From Tenericutes bacterium ADurb.BinA124 (lineage in GTDB: Bacteria > Bacillota_I > Bacilli_A > ML615J-28 > CAG-698), in contig MVZM01000009.1 of assembly GCA_002068415.1 (NCBI GenBank), forward strand, positions 3,088 through 67,087: a stretch of DNA of 64,000 nucleotides, given 5' to 3'. The notes beneath the pieces are model-generated. The model saw nothing but the letters and a program-made list of their open reading frames with translations. It did no database searches and was not told where the DNA came from. The translations under genes were made by a program, and so were the position numbers. Of this stretch, positions 1-9,893 are shown piece by piece; the first letter of the stretch is position 1; each line of letters starts with the position of its first letter.

Positions 1-1
1 C

Positions 2-484
2 TTTGATGACGAAACAGAAGAAGATGAATCTTCTGATACTTTAACAACAAAAATTCTAATGGGAACATTTGGCTGCGTTCCTGCATTTGATAGATTCCTG
101 AAATCTGGAATTAAATGCTATCAAGACAATCATGATGGAAGAAATACACGAATTGGTAATTACAAGCTTACTCAATCAATAGAAAAAGCTGGTGGGACGG
201 CAGCAACTGAAAGTTTCAAAGCACTTGCAAGATTTGCTGTAGAACATAGAACTGAGCTTACTGTTGATACTAATTTCCTTTATTCGCCAATGAAATGCGT
301 TGATATGTACTTCTGGGAAATTGGATATGAAATGGATATAGCAGCGTTACTTAAAAATGAAAAAACAAAAGATCATGTTAAGCAAAAGTTATATAAGAAA
401 GCTGTCAAATTGAATTATTGCAACGAAGATATAACATATGAAGAAGCAATAGCTCAAATCAGACGATTAAACTATAACGAATAA
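2..484 (+). CDS. hypothetical protein, 3' part of a gene that begins upstream of the window
   Basis: Frame is open from the window edge to the stop at 482-484; acidic N-terminal stretch; no recognisable motif. Confidence 0.4.
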   Translation, partial: FDDETEEDESSDTLTTKILMGTFGCVPAFDRFLKSGIKCYQDNHDGRNTRIGNYKLTQSIEKAGGTAATESFKALARFAVEHRTELTVDTNFLYSPMKCVDMYFWEIGYEMDIAALLKNEKTKDHVKQKLYKKAVKLNYCNEDITYEEAIAQIRRLNYNE

Positions 485-492
485 AAAATAGG

Positions 493-540
493 GGTATGCA
501 AAAACTCTCAAAGGTATGCAATTTTGCCTTAGGGTATGCA
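493..540. repeat. three direct repeats of GGTATGCA spaced exactly 20 bp apart (iteron-like)
   Basis: GGTATGCA at 493, 513 and 533, each followed by an A/T-rich tract. Confidence 0.6.
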
Positions 541-568
541 TTTTTATTAAAATAGGTAGTTATAGCCA

Positions 569-979
569 ATGTTGCCACCCCATGTTTTACGAAAATATGT
601 ATTTCCTTGGTATCAAAAAATTGTAAAATTAGCTCACGATAAAGGAAAATTAGCTATAGTTCATTCTTGTGGATATTATCATGATATTATTGATGATATG
701 GTTGATACCATCCAATTTGATGGAAAACACTCTTTTGAAGATAATATTTATCCAGTAGAAAAAGCATATCAAGATTTAAAAGAAAGAATTGCCATTCTTG
801 GAGGTCTCGATATGAATTTCTTAGCCCATAAAAGTAGCGAGGAAGTATATCAAAGAAGTAAAAACATGCTAGCACTAACCAAACAAGGGGGCTATGCTTT
901 AGGAAGTGGAAATAGTATTCCTGATTATATTCCAAGTGAAAACTATCTTGCCATGTTACAAGCAGGAATAGAAAAATAA
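569..979 (+). pseudogene. uroporphyrinogen decarboxylase (URO-D)/MtaA-family protein, C-terminal fragment only
   Basis: 136 aa resembling the C-terminal third of URO-D-fold methyltransferases (GGYALGSGNSIP...); full-length members are about 340 aa; N-terminal part absent. Confidence 0.45.
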
Positions 980-1010
980 AACAGCTGAAAAATCAGCTGT
1001 TTTATTCTTT
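979..1010. terminator. bidirectional rho-independent terminator
   Basis: Perfect hairpin AAACAGCTG-aaaaat-CAGCTGTTT followed by a T-run, between convergent genes. Confidence 0.7.
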
Positions 1011-1706
1011 AGGATGAATGGGTTCAATCATCATACTAAATTTATGTTTATATTTTAATTTAAAATACTCTAAAGTACAAACGACAAAAGCTCCTAAACT
1101 ACCTAAAATAAAATCATACATGGTATCGTTTAGAGCAGCTTGACCGATGAAAGGCTCTCCTGTAATCGAATCACGATATCGTTGCATATTGCTGAGTGTT
1201 GTACTATCAATAGAAAACTCAATCATTTCCCAAATGACTGCTAGTGTCATAGAACAACAAAAAGCAAATAATACAATAAAGAAAGGATTTAGGTTAATAT
1301 GAAAAGTAGTGCTTCGATGAAGCAAGTTGATGAGTGAAAACGAAAAAATAGCAATTAAACTTCCTCCCATAAAATGCATAACTCCATCCCACCAGGAATT
1401 CATCTGATAAGCACCAATAATTTCTCCAATTAATAAAGAACCAATTCCAAAGAAAATGAATAAAACTTCCATTGCTTCTGGAATTTCAACTTTGAATTGT
1501 TTTTCGATAATCATTGGAATAAAGGAATAGGTTAGTAGAATCACGCACTGAGTAATAATAAAAGCATTACGACTATCGTATTCATAGTTATGCTCTTTCA
1601 CCATTTGGACAATAGCAAAAGCTAAGATGGCAAAAACTAAAATTCTTGTCGTTAAGTATAAAATAGTGGTTAAGTTTTTATTCTTTTGTAATCTCTTCCA
1701 GTTCAT
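1002..1706 (-). CDS. integral membrane protein (YjdF/DUF2238-like), start moved to the internal Met with an RBS
   Basis: Multiple hydrophobic segments; AGGTGAT RBS 5 nt upstream of the ATG at 1706; the longer ORF to 1733 lacks an RBS. Confidence 0.5.
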   Translation of the reverse strand: MNWKRLQKNKNLTTILYLTTRILVFAILAFAIVQMVKEHNYEYDSRNAFIITQCVILLTYSFIPMIIEKQFKVEIPEAMEVLFIFFGIGSLLIGEIIGAYQMNSWWDGVMHFMGGSLIAIFSFSLINLLHRSTTFHINLNPFFIVLFAFCCSMTLAVIWEMIEFSIDSTTLSNMQRYRDSITGEPFIGQAALNDTMYDFILGSLGAFVVCTLEYFKLKYKHKFSMMIEPIHPKE

Positions 1707-1726
1707 AATATCACCTAATCTATTAT

Positions 1727-3528
1727 AAACCATTATGAGTAAATAATCAAGTTAATTAATAAAGTTTTTTCATAACTTATCTTTATCACTTGATTATATT
1801 AAAAAAGTGCACAATAAAACGCATCAGTCTAAAACCGATAAACTGACGTTTTCGCACTACTTTTTAAAAATATCTAAAATATTCTATTTACAGCTAAAAT
1901 TGTGTTATAATAAGGTAACGGTGGAAACCGTTTGGGACTGCTTACAAATATATTTGTAAGTTGAGCTCGTCTTGTGCATATAGAAGATTATTCTTACTAG
2001 TTGATTGGCACAAGCAGTGGACGCAACTTTAGGCTTGAGTGGATTAAGCTTTTGCGTCCTTTTTTTATAACTATCTTTAATAGCGTTTGGCTCCCGATTG
2101 GATTTAGTTAGACTAGAAACCATTAGGTAAAGAATGGTTCTTAGGCGCTTATTCCCTTTTCGAGAGATACCGAGATGTAATCCATCTTTATCCCCGGATT
2201 GTCTAATCATTGGATCTATTCCGATGTAAGCGGTTATTTGTTTATAGTTTGCAAATCTACTGATATCACCCAATTCAGCCATGAATTTACAAGTTAGAAT
2301 ATCTTGTATTCCCGGAAGAGAGTGAACAATACTGTAAAGTGGCAGTTCTTTTGCCAATTCTTTCATTTCGGTAATGATTCTCTTAATTTGCTTTAAATAG
2401 TATTCGATTTGTTCAATGTAAGTAAGGAGCATACTAATATCAGGATCATCAAAGTTACATCCCGAAATTGTGTCATTTATAAACGGAATAATCGTTTTTA
2501 CCTTTTTATTTGTCCATGCTTGTAAATGGTTCCATGAAGCATATAATAGACTTAAAATCGTATTTGAACTTAGTTTGGTAAAATAATCAGGATGAGGAAA
2601 TAACTTTAGAAAAGCAAGTGATTCATCCGAATAAACACTACTGAAAAGTTTATTATAGCATGGATAAATGACTGCCAATGTTTCTCTGAAATTAACTTTA
2701 AGTTTCACCAACAGTTTCATATTAACATCATAGAATCTATTTAGTTTTCGTAGCTTTGAGTATTGACCATCCTCTGAGTTAAACAACCCTAACTTATTAC
2801 TGTAGAATAGCTTGGATAAACTTAAACAATCCCTAGCATCGGTCTTTTGCTCTCTAATTTCTTCATTTCTAGCTTTAGCAGCCCGAAGGGGAGCAACGAT
2901 GTGATATTGCAAGTTATTCGATATAAGGAATTTTTCCAAGCTTTTATGATAAATTCCAGTATATTCAAAGATGATTAAAGGATTATCGATAGTATTTGAT
3001 TTGGTTTTGACTAAGTCAAGTAAAGTCAAAATAAACTGATATCCTTGTTTAGTGTGTCTCATAGTTCTCGCTTTACTTAATTGATGGTTAGGGCCGATAA
3101 ACCCTTGAATGTGGCTTTTACCTTGAGATACATCGATTGTGATACAGGTTTTTGGGTTCATATGAACACATCCTTTCATTCAATGCCTGTAATGGGTGGT
3201 TGATAACTTCCTTACTCAAAACGAGTAATTCTTCAAGCCTATATTCGAAAGTCATACAGGTTCAATACTAAAAAGTATCGTCCTAAAAACATATAAACAG
3301 GTTTAAAAAGAAAAAGGAAGGGCTCCAAATTATATCGCGGATTCATAGTGTTCCAATAAAGCGACGGAGTCCACAACCAGTTATAACTGCATCATGATTT
3401 ACAGTTATAACAGAGATCTCTGAAGTTGATATAACTTCAATAAAAGTATATCATAGAAGTAGATATAATAAAAAGTTAAGAAATCTCTTAACTAGATTAT
3501 ATACGAACCATTATGAGTAATAATTCAA
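1727..3528 (-). mobile_element. IS110-family insertion sequence (boundaries approximate)
   Basis: Carries a DEDD-type IS110 transposase; flanked by a 22-bp direct repeat AACCATTATGAGTAA(A)TAAT(C/T)CAA at 1727-1751 and 3506-3528; palindromes CAGTTATAACTG (3390s) and CTTACAAATATATTTGTAAG (1940s). Confidence 0.6.
1905..3161 (-). CDS. IS110-family transposase
   Basis: N-terminal ITIDVS (DEDD/RuvC-like) motif; C-terminal SLPGIQ...GIDPMIRQSGDK...GISRKGNKRLRTILYLM typical of IS110/IS1111 transposases. Confidence 0.85.
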   Translation of the reverse strand: MNPKTCITIDVSQGKSHIQGFIGPNHQLSKARTMRHTKQGYQFILTLLDLVKTKSNTIDNPLIIFEYTGIYHKSLEKFLISNNLQYHIVAPLRAAKARNEEIREQKTDARDCLSLSKLFYSNKLGLFNSEDGQYSKLRKLNRFYDVNMKLLVKLKVNFRETLAVIYPCYNKLFSSVYSDESLAFLKLFPHPDYFTKLSSNTILSLLYASWNHLQAWTNKKVKTIIPFINDTISGCNFDDPDISMLLTYIEQIEYYLKQIKRIITEMKELAKELPLYSIVHSLPGIQDILTCKFMAELGDISRFANYKQITAYIGIDPMIRQSGDKDGLHLGISRKGNKRLRTILYLMVSSLTKSNREPNAIKDSYKKRTQKLNPLKPKVASTACANQLVRIIFYMHKTSSTYKYICKQSQTVSTVTLL

Positions 3529-3635
3529 ATCCACCAATATTTTAATAGAATAATATTTTTATTACTATATTTTTATTCAAAATTGTTGTTGTCATCATTT
3601 TATGATATAATAAAATAAGAGAGGGAAGTGATTTT

Positions 3636-4445
3636 ATGATTATTGATACGCATGTTCATATGGGAAAAGCTCTTAATTTTATCATGAGTGAGAAAATGAT
3701 ACTAGACTCGATGAAAGAAAATCATATCGACTTTTCAATTGTGTCCAATATTGAAGCGATAGAGGTAGATCATAATCAACATCTTTTACCAAAAGATAAG
3801 CAAATTTCACAAATCATCACCAGTCGTAAAGTGATTAATTTTGCTCGTAAACACAAAGATAAGATTGGAGTTGCTTTATGGGTAAAGCCATTACAAGAAA
3901 AACCAAATCAACAATTAGAAAATTTAATTAAAGAAAATCGTGATTACATCTATGCAATGAAATTTCATCCTTATCATTCTAAAATTAGTTTTAATTCTCC
4001 AGAAGTTAGGGAATATGTGAAACTTGCTGAAAAGTATAATCTTCCAGTGATTACTCATACTGCAGCAGGTTTTGATTGCTCTCCTTTACGAGTATTGGAA
4101 GTAGCAAAAGATTTTCCCAACACAAAATTTGTGATGGTCCATCTTGGCTTATATACGGATTACAAAGAAACGAAAGAAGTTTTTTCTCATAAACTACCCA
4201 ATATTTTCGGTGACACTACTTGGGTTTCTTTAAAAGTAGCAAAAGAAATCATGAAAACCTATGGCTCTCATCTATTAGTCTTTGGTACTGACAATCCAAT
4301 CGATGGAATCAATACTCTAAAAAAAGAAATCTATCAAGAATATTTTACTAATGCGCCTAAAGAATTAACAAAAGAAGAATATGATCGTTTAATGTATAAA
4401 AATGCAATAGATATTTTCAACATTAAACTTCAAGTCCATGAATAA
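3636..4445 (+). CDS. amidohydrolase-family (TIM-barrel metal-dependent hydrolase) protein
   Basis: N-terminal IIDTHVHMG metal-binding motif; VHLGLY and GTDNPIDG motifs typical of amidohydrolase_2. Confidence 0.6.
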   Translation: MIIDTHVHMGKALNFIMSEKMILDSMKENHIDFSIVSNIEAIEVDHNQHLLPKDKQISQIITSRKVINFARKHKDKIGVALWVKPLQEKPNQQLENLIKENRDYIYAMKFHPYHSKISFNSPEVREYVKLAEKYNLPVITHTAAGFDCSPLRVLEVAKDFPNTKFVMVHLGLYTDYKETKEVFSHKLPNIFGDTTWVSLKVAKEIMKTYGSHLLVFGTDNPIDGINTLKKEIYQEYFTNAPKELTKEEYDRLMYKNAIDIFNIKLQVHE

Positions 4446-4521
4446 TGAATGCAAGTCCATGAAAAATGGACTTTTTTATTGAAAAAAACTATTTCATGTG
4501 TTAAAATTACTACTGTTTAGT

Positions 4522-4613
4522 GGAGGAATACTCAAGCGGCTGAAGAGACTTGCCTCGAAAACAAGCAGATCATTCATAATGGTGCAGGGGTTCAAATCCC
4601 CTTTCCTCCGCCA
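4522..4613 (+). tRNA. tRNA-Ser (anticodon read as CGA)
   Basis: Class II tRNA with long variable arm; acceptor GGAGGAA/TTCCTCC, discriminator G, CCA; anticodon loop CTCGAAA; T-arm GGGGTTCAAATCCCC. Confidence 0.8.
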
Positions 4614-4718
4614 TTATTTGTATAGTTAAGGATATATTATTTTGTAATCCAAAATGAATGTATACCTTTTTTTTCTTTTTTGTTATAATTAAGATATCAA
4701 ATAAGGAGTGTTAGTCGT

Positions 4719-5468
4719 ATGAAAGAGTATGTAAAAATAAATCGTGAAACTATTGATAGATGGGTAGAGAACGGTTGGGAATGGGGAACACCTATCTCTC
4801 ATGAAACCTATCTAAAAGCACAAAATAATGAATGGGATGTCTTATTGACACCCACAAAACCTATGCCTCATAATTGGTTTCCAAAAAGTATAAAAGGATT
4901 AAATCTTCTGGGTCTAGCATCAGGTGGTGCCCAGCAAATGCCTATTTTTGCAGCGCTTGGCGCAAATTGTACCGTATTAGATAATTCTAAGAAGCAAATT
5001 GAAAACGAAATAGAATTTGCGAAAAAGGAAGGGTATCAAATACATACTGTACAATATGATATGACAGAACCACTACCGTTTCCTGATGAATCGTTTGATA
5101 TTATTTTTCATCCAGTTGCGATTTGTTATATAGAAGAAGTAGAAGGATTATTCAAAGAATGTTACAGAATTTTAAGAAAGGGCGGTATCTTTGTTGCGGG
5201 GTTAGATAATGGCATCAATTATATTACTACAGATGAAACCCACATTGACACACCTCTTCCATTTAATCCATTGAAAAATCCAAAACAAATGGAGCTTCTA
5301 CAAAAAGAAGACAGTGGAGTTCAATTTTCTCATACTTTGGAAGAACAAATAGGAGGACAATTGAAAGCGGGATTTATTCTAACGGATATTTTTGATGACA
5401 CAAATGGGGCAGGGAGATTACATGAAATGCAAATTCCTGCTTATTTTGCGACACGTGCAATTAAGTAA
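4719..5468 (+). CDS. class I SAM-dependent methyltransferase
   Basis: LDNSKKQIE...FDIIF...LRKGGIFV motifs of Methyltransf_11 type; RBS AAGGAG upstream. Confidence 0.65.
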   Translation: MKEYVKINRETIDRWVENGWEWGTPISHETYLKAQNNEWDVLLTPTKPMPHNWFPKSIKGLNLLGLASGGAQQMPIFAALGANCTVLDNSKKQIENEIEFAKKEGYQIHTVQYDMTEPLPFPDESFDIIFHPVAICYIEEVEGLFKECYRILRKGGIFVAGLDNGINYITTDETHIDTPLPFNPLKNPKQMELLQKEDSGVQFSHTLEEQIGGQLKAGFILTDIFDDTNGAGRLHEMQIPAYFATRAIK

Positions 5469-5532
5469 AAATAGACATATTAAAACAATTGAATTTCATA
5501 TGTTAGAATGATTTAGTATTAGCAGATAAATT

Positions 5533-5617
5533 GCGGTCGTGCGGAATGGTAGATGCGCTACTTTGAGGGGGTAGTATTCAAATGGATGTGTGAGCTCAAA
5601 TCTCATCGAACGCACCA
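5533..5617 (+). pseudogene. degenerate tRNA-Leu(GAG)-like sequence
   Basis: D-arm closely matches tRNA-Leu; anticodon loop TTGAGGG; discriminator A plus CCA; but G-A mismatch in the acceptor stem, T-loop CTCAAAT (C54) and a weak variable arm. Confidence 0.45.
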
Positions 5618-5630
5618 AATTGCATAATAG

Positions 5631-5683
5631 GGGTGCGTGATTTACCCTCAAGGGTGCGTGATTTCTGCTGGGGGTGCGTAATT
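5631..5683. repeat. three direct repeats GGGTGCGT(G/A)ATT at 20-21 bp spacing
   Basis: Units at 5631, 5652 and 5672; GGTGCGT is the reverse complement of the adjacent tRNA-like 3' end ACGCACC. Confidence 0.55.
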
Positions 5684-5754
5684 GTATCAAAATAGGTAAT
5701 CAAAGCCATTAGAGCAAATCAATAAGTCATTTGACTTATTACAAAAAATAAAGG

Positions 5755-5809
5755 CTATTTCACAAATTCTTAGTAAAATCTAAGTTTTATAAGTGAAATA
5801 GTCTTTTTT
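5755..5809 (+). terminator. putative rho-independent terminator
   Basis: 9-bp stem CTATTTCAC/GTGAAATAG with a long loop followed by TCTTTTTT. Confidence 0.4.
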
Positions 5810-6044
5810 GATTAAAACACGCCCCCTTTTGTAGTACTGAGAGTAAGAAACTAGCAAAGATTCGAACCTAAATAATTCCGCAAATAATAGGATTTGAATT
5901 AATAAAAAATTTTGTAAGTAACGGGGTTTGAACCATTTGTACAAAAATAAAAAAGTTTCGGTAGTGTAAAGTTTTATTTTGTTTGTGTTATTTTTTCATT
6001 CTATAGTATAATAACTATAGATTTTTGTAAAGAAGTTATGTTTT

Positions 6045-6122
6045 ATGGAAAAATCTGATTATTCAATATATAAAGAAACACGAATATATTTAGTATTGTA
6101 TGATACCTATTATATAAAATGA
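6045..6122 (+). other. small ORF, 25 aa, Tyr-rich (MEKSDYSIYKETRIYLVLYDTYYIK); speculative
   Basis: ATG-initiated ORF 200 bp upstream of the ABC exporter genes; weak RBS; no Cys/Ser/Thr-rich core. Confidence 0.15.
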
Positions 6123-6332
6123 CAATGAATGAGTAAGGAAGTTTTGTTTGAAAAACTATGTATAAATAATAGTTCATATCGTAGGCTAAGAGATTATGAA
6201 CAAAATGTCGGAAGTCAAATTGTGGACCAATTATCAAATCATTATAGATTTGTCGTTCCAACAAATGATTGGATTGATGAATTAGAGATATTTACGAATA
6301 GAGTATATAATAAATACAAAGGAACAATTTAT

Positions 6333-8108
6333 ATGAAAAAAACCAAAAATTTAATCTATTTATTTAAGCGTTCTTGGAAAATAAGTAAAGGTCTTATTTT
6401 TATTGCAGCATTAAAAAGTATATTTTTTGGTTTACAACCATTAATCAATATTGTTGGTTTAGGAATAGTTATTGATAGTTTAATTACGAAACTGCCACTT
6501 AGCGATGTTATAAACTACATTCTTATATTTGTAGGTGTAAATTTAGCTTTTAGTATTATTGGAGACATTTTAGATTTAATTGATGTAATATTACAACGTA
6601 AAACAAGTGATGTAATGCAAATGGAATATATGGAAGATTGTGTAAACATAAATTATCATTATGTTCAGGATAAAAGTATACTTGATTTAAAAAAGAAATC
6701 TATGAGTGCACATCCGGCATTTTTTCTAAGGGATATAAGTAAATTTTCATCATATATAATCCAATTTGCTGGAATTGTTTTTATATTTTCTTTACTAAGT
6801 GTATATTTTTTGATTGCAATATTTATTACATCATTTTTTAATGTTGTTTTAGTATTTGCGAAAAGAAAGAAAGAATTCAATTTTAAAAATGAATGTGTGG
6901 AGGATGAGCAAAGAATAGAATACATATTTAATGTAATGACAGGATATCGATTTGCAAAAGAAATCAGGATTAATAATGCTGGAGCTTTATTAAAGGGAAA
7001 ATATCATAATGTTATGAAAAATATACTTAGTAAGTTTAAAAGATTCTGTAATAAACTTACATTAATAAATACTACAAATACCATTATTACAGTAATTCAA
7101 ACATTTATTATGTATGCATACTTTTCTTATCTGGTATTTGATAACAAGATTACAATAGCAGAATATACAGTTTTACTAGGAGCAACTGCACTTCTTACAA
7201 ATATCTTAATTAGTTTCTTTGATAATATTGCTAGTATTAATCAAACTATAAAATATACAGATTTGTACCGAGAATATAAGAATGATATTAAAATGCGAAG
7301 CGGTATTAGTTTAAGTAACCAAAATAAAAAAATAGATATTGATATGGATAATTATATTGTTGTATTTGAAAATGTAAGTTTTGTCTATCCGAATACAAAA
7401 AAGATTGTTTTGGACAATCTTAATCTTGAAATAAGGAAAGGAGATAGAATCGGCTTAGTAGGACTTAACGGTTCCGGCAAAACTACTTTAATTAAATTAT
7501 TAACTAGATTATATAATCCAACTAAAGGAAAAATTACTCTAAACGGAATAGATATTAAAGATATTCCTCTTAAACAATATTCTGATTACATAGGAATTGT
7601 ATTACAAGATTTCTATTTGTTTGCATATACAATCAAAGAAAATATTGTTTTCAACAAACCATTTAATCAAGAAAAGTTTGAATTTAGTATTGAAAAAAGC
7701 GGGTTATTAAATTTTATCGATTCCTTAGAAAATAAAGAAGAAACATATCTCTATAAGGAAATAAGTAAGGATGGATTAGAGTTATCAGGCGGAAATGGGC
7801 AAAAATTAGCAATTGCAAGAGTGATGTATAAAGATTCAGATTTCTTAGTTTTTGATGAGCCAACTAGTTCTCTCGATCCGATTGCGGAATACGATATGTT
7901 TTGGCAATTATATAATATTGCAAAAGATAAAACATCATTATTTATTTCTCATCGTTTATCCAGCACAAAGTTCTGCGATAAGATTATTGTGTTAGATAAT
8001 GGTAAAATGATTGAATATGGAACTCATGAGGAATTGATGGAGCGTAAAGGGCTTTATCATGAATTATTTTCGATTCAAGCAAATCAATATCTAAAGGAGG
8101 GAAGTTAA
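6333..8108 (+). CDS. ABC transporter ATP-binding/permease protein (half-size exporter, TMD-NBD)
   Basis: 6-TM N-terminal domain; Walker A GLNGSGKTT, signature LSGGNGQKLAIAR, Walker B LVFDEPTSSLD; start moved to MKKTKN with RBS AAAGGAAC (the ORF is open from 6129). Confidence 0.85.
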   Translation: MKKTKNLIYLFKRSWKISKGLIFIAALKSIFFGLQPLINIVGLGIVIDSLITKLPLSDVINYILIFVGVNLAFSIIGDILDLIDVILQRKTSDVMQMEYMEDCVNINYHYVQDKSILDLKKKSMSAHPAFFLRDISKFSSYIIQFAGIVFIFSLLSVYFLIAIFITSFFNVVLVFAKRKKEFNFKNECVEDEQRIEYIFNVMTGYRFAKEIRINNAGALLKGKYHNVMKNILSKFKRFCNKLTLINTTNTIITVIQTFIMYAYFSYLVFDNKITIAEYTVLLGATALLTNILISFFDNIASINQTIKYTDLYREYKNDIKMRSGISLSNQNKKIDIDMDNYIVVFENVSFVYPNTKKIVLDNLNLEIRKGDRIGLVGLNGSGKTTLIKLLTRLYNPTKGKITLNGIDIKDIPLKQYSDYIGIVLQDFYLFAYTIKENIVFNKPFNQEKFEFSIEKSGLLNFIDSLENKEETYLYKEISKDGLELSGGNGQKLAIARVMYKDSDFLVFDEPTSSLDPIAEYDMFWQLYNIAKDKTSLFISHRLSSTKFCDKIIVLDNGKMIEYGTHEELMERKGLYHELFSIQANQYLKEGS

Positions 8109-8109
8109 A

Positions 8110-9879
8110 GTGAGAAATCAACGAACTACTTTAGAAATGATTAAAATTATAATAAAATATGAACCAATATATTTAATATTAATGATTCCGCAAATTATTA
8201 TAAATTCGATTTTACCTATATTTATTATATATTTTCCCAAACTAATTATTGATCGTTTAATTGCTGATGAGGTTAATTATAAAGAAATATTTAATATTGT
8301 AATAATTTATGGATTGATTTTACTTGTAATCAGAGTAATTCAAGTTTACTTGCAAAGTAGGGTGAGTTTAATTGGAGAAAGGTTCACACTAAAGTTAAAG
8401 AAAGAAATCGGAATTATATCATCTGAAGTAGATTTAGAAGATGTAGAAAAAACTAGTTTCAAAGATATAGTAATAATGGGTAGTAAAGCTTCAACAATTA
8501 CCCAAACATTAGATCTAATCCAAATAATAATTACTAATATCCTTACTTTGCTAAGTTTAGTTTATATTATTGCACAATTAGACTTACTCTTTTTCATTAC
8601 TATTTCTATTACTTTCATAGTTAAATCCTTATTTGTTTATTATGTTTATAGGAAAAACAAAAAAATAAGAACATCTGTATCTTCAAATACAAGAGTTCTT
8701 AATTATTTAAATAATACAGCATACAACCATGGTAGTGCAAAGGAACTTAGAACAAATAACCTTCAAGAATGGTTTTTGAAGAAGCTAAGTGACTGTCGAG
8801 ATGAAATGGTAAAAATTCAATATAAGGATTTTACACGTTATGCACTGAATAATATTATAATGAAGATTATTATGGCAGTACAAACTATTATTGTATTATG
8901 GCTTCTAGCAATTCGTTATATTGATGGAGTCATCACAATTGCCGATTTTACTTTGTACTTTAGTTCAGTTGCAACTTTGACCCTTACATTAAATAATATC
9001 TCTGATAAGATTGGTGCTTATAAACAACAAATGTTGAACTTGCTAGATTATAATAAATTAAATGGATTTGTAAATAAACCAATAAAAACAAGAGATTTAA
9101 GTAAAGATATAGATTTGGATAATTTTAGTAATATAAGTATAAAGTTCAAAGATGTTTCATTTAAATATCCTTCAACAGATAAATATGTATTAAAAAATAT
9201 AAATTTAACTATTGATGACCATGAAAAACTGGTAATAGTTGGTTTAAATGGAGCAGGTAAATCTACATTAATAAAGTTGCTATGTAAATTTTATAAACCA
9301 GTCGAAGGTGAAATTTATGTAAATGATATTAACATTTGGGATATTCCAAATGAAAAATATAATAAAATCATTGGTGCTGTCTTTCAAGATTATGCAAACT
9401 TATCGTTTATGTTAAAAGAAAATGTAAGTTTTAATGAAGATAGTAACATGGCATTAGTTGAAAATGTAATTACTAATGTCGGCTTATATAAATTTATTGA
9501 AAGTTTAGAAAATAAATACGATACATATTTGTATAAGAATTATAATTCATCGGGAATTGAATTATCTGGTGGACAGTCTCAAAAGTTAGCAATTACAAGA
9601 GCCATGTATAAAGAACCATCATTATTAATCCTAGATGAACCTACCGCATCATTAGATCCTAGAGCAGAAAATGAAATTTATACAAACTTTTATAATATCT
9701 CAAAAGAGAAAACTACAATTTTTATCTCTCATAGATTAACAGCTTCAACAATCGCAGATAAAATTTTAGTATTAAACGAGGGTGAGATTTTAGAATATGG
9801 CTCTCATAATGAATTGATGATAAAAGAAGGATTTTATGCAACAATGTATAAAAAACAAAGAGATGCTTATAAATATTAA
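8110..9879 (+). CDS. ABC transporter ATP-binding/permease protein (partner half-exporter)
   Basis: TMD plus NBD with GLNGAGKST, LSGGQSQKLAITR, LILDEPTASLD; start 2 nt after the upstream stop (translational coupling). Confidence 0.85.
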   Translation: MRNQRTTLEMIKIIIKYEPIYLILMIPQIIINSILPIFIIYFPKLIIDRLIADEVNYKEIFNIVIIYGLILLVIRVIQVYLQSRVSLIGERFTLKLKKEIGIISSEVDLEDVEKTSFKDIVIMGSKASTITQTLDLIQIIITNILTLLSLVYIIAQLDLLFFITISITFIVKSLFVYYVYRKNKKIRTSVSSNTRVLNYLNNTAYNHGSAKELRTNNLQEWFLKKLSDCRDEMVKIQYKDFTRYALNNIIMKIIMAVQTIIVLWLLAIRYIDGVITIADFTLYFSSVATLTLTLNNISDKIGAYKQQMLNLLDYNKLNGFVNKPIKTRDLSKDIDLDNFSNISIKFKDVSFKYPSTDKYVLKNINLTIDDHEKLVIVGLNGAGKSTLIKLLCKFYKPVEGEIYVNDINIWDIPNEKYNKIIGAVFQDYANLSFMLKENVSFNEDSNMALVENVITNVGLYKFIESLENKYDTYLYKNYNSSGIELSGGQSQKLAITRAMYKEPSLLILDEPTASLDPRAENEIYTNFYNISKEKTTIFISHRLTASTIADKILVLNEGEILEYGSHNELMIKEGFYATMYKKQRDAYKY

Positions 9880-9893
9880 ACAGGAATGTTAAT

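Noticed and set aside
5496-5690. 64-aa ORF on the - strand
   Set aside because: Spans the tRNA-Leu-like sequence and the GGGTGCGT repeats. It is the translation of structured RNA/repeat DNA.
6129-6332. 68-codon N-terminal extension of the first ABC exporter
   Set aside because: No RBS at 6129. The internal Met at 6333 has a good RBS and begins the typical exporter N-terminus, so the extension is probably not translated.
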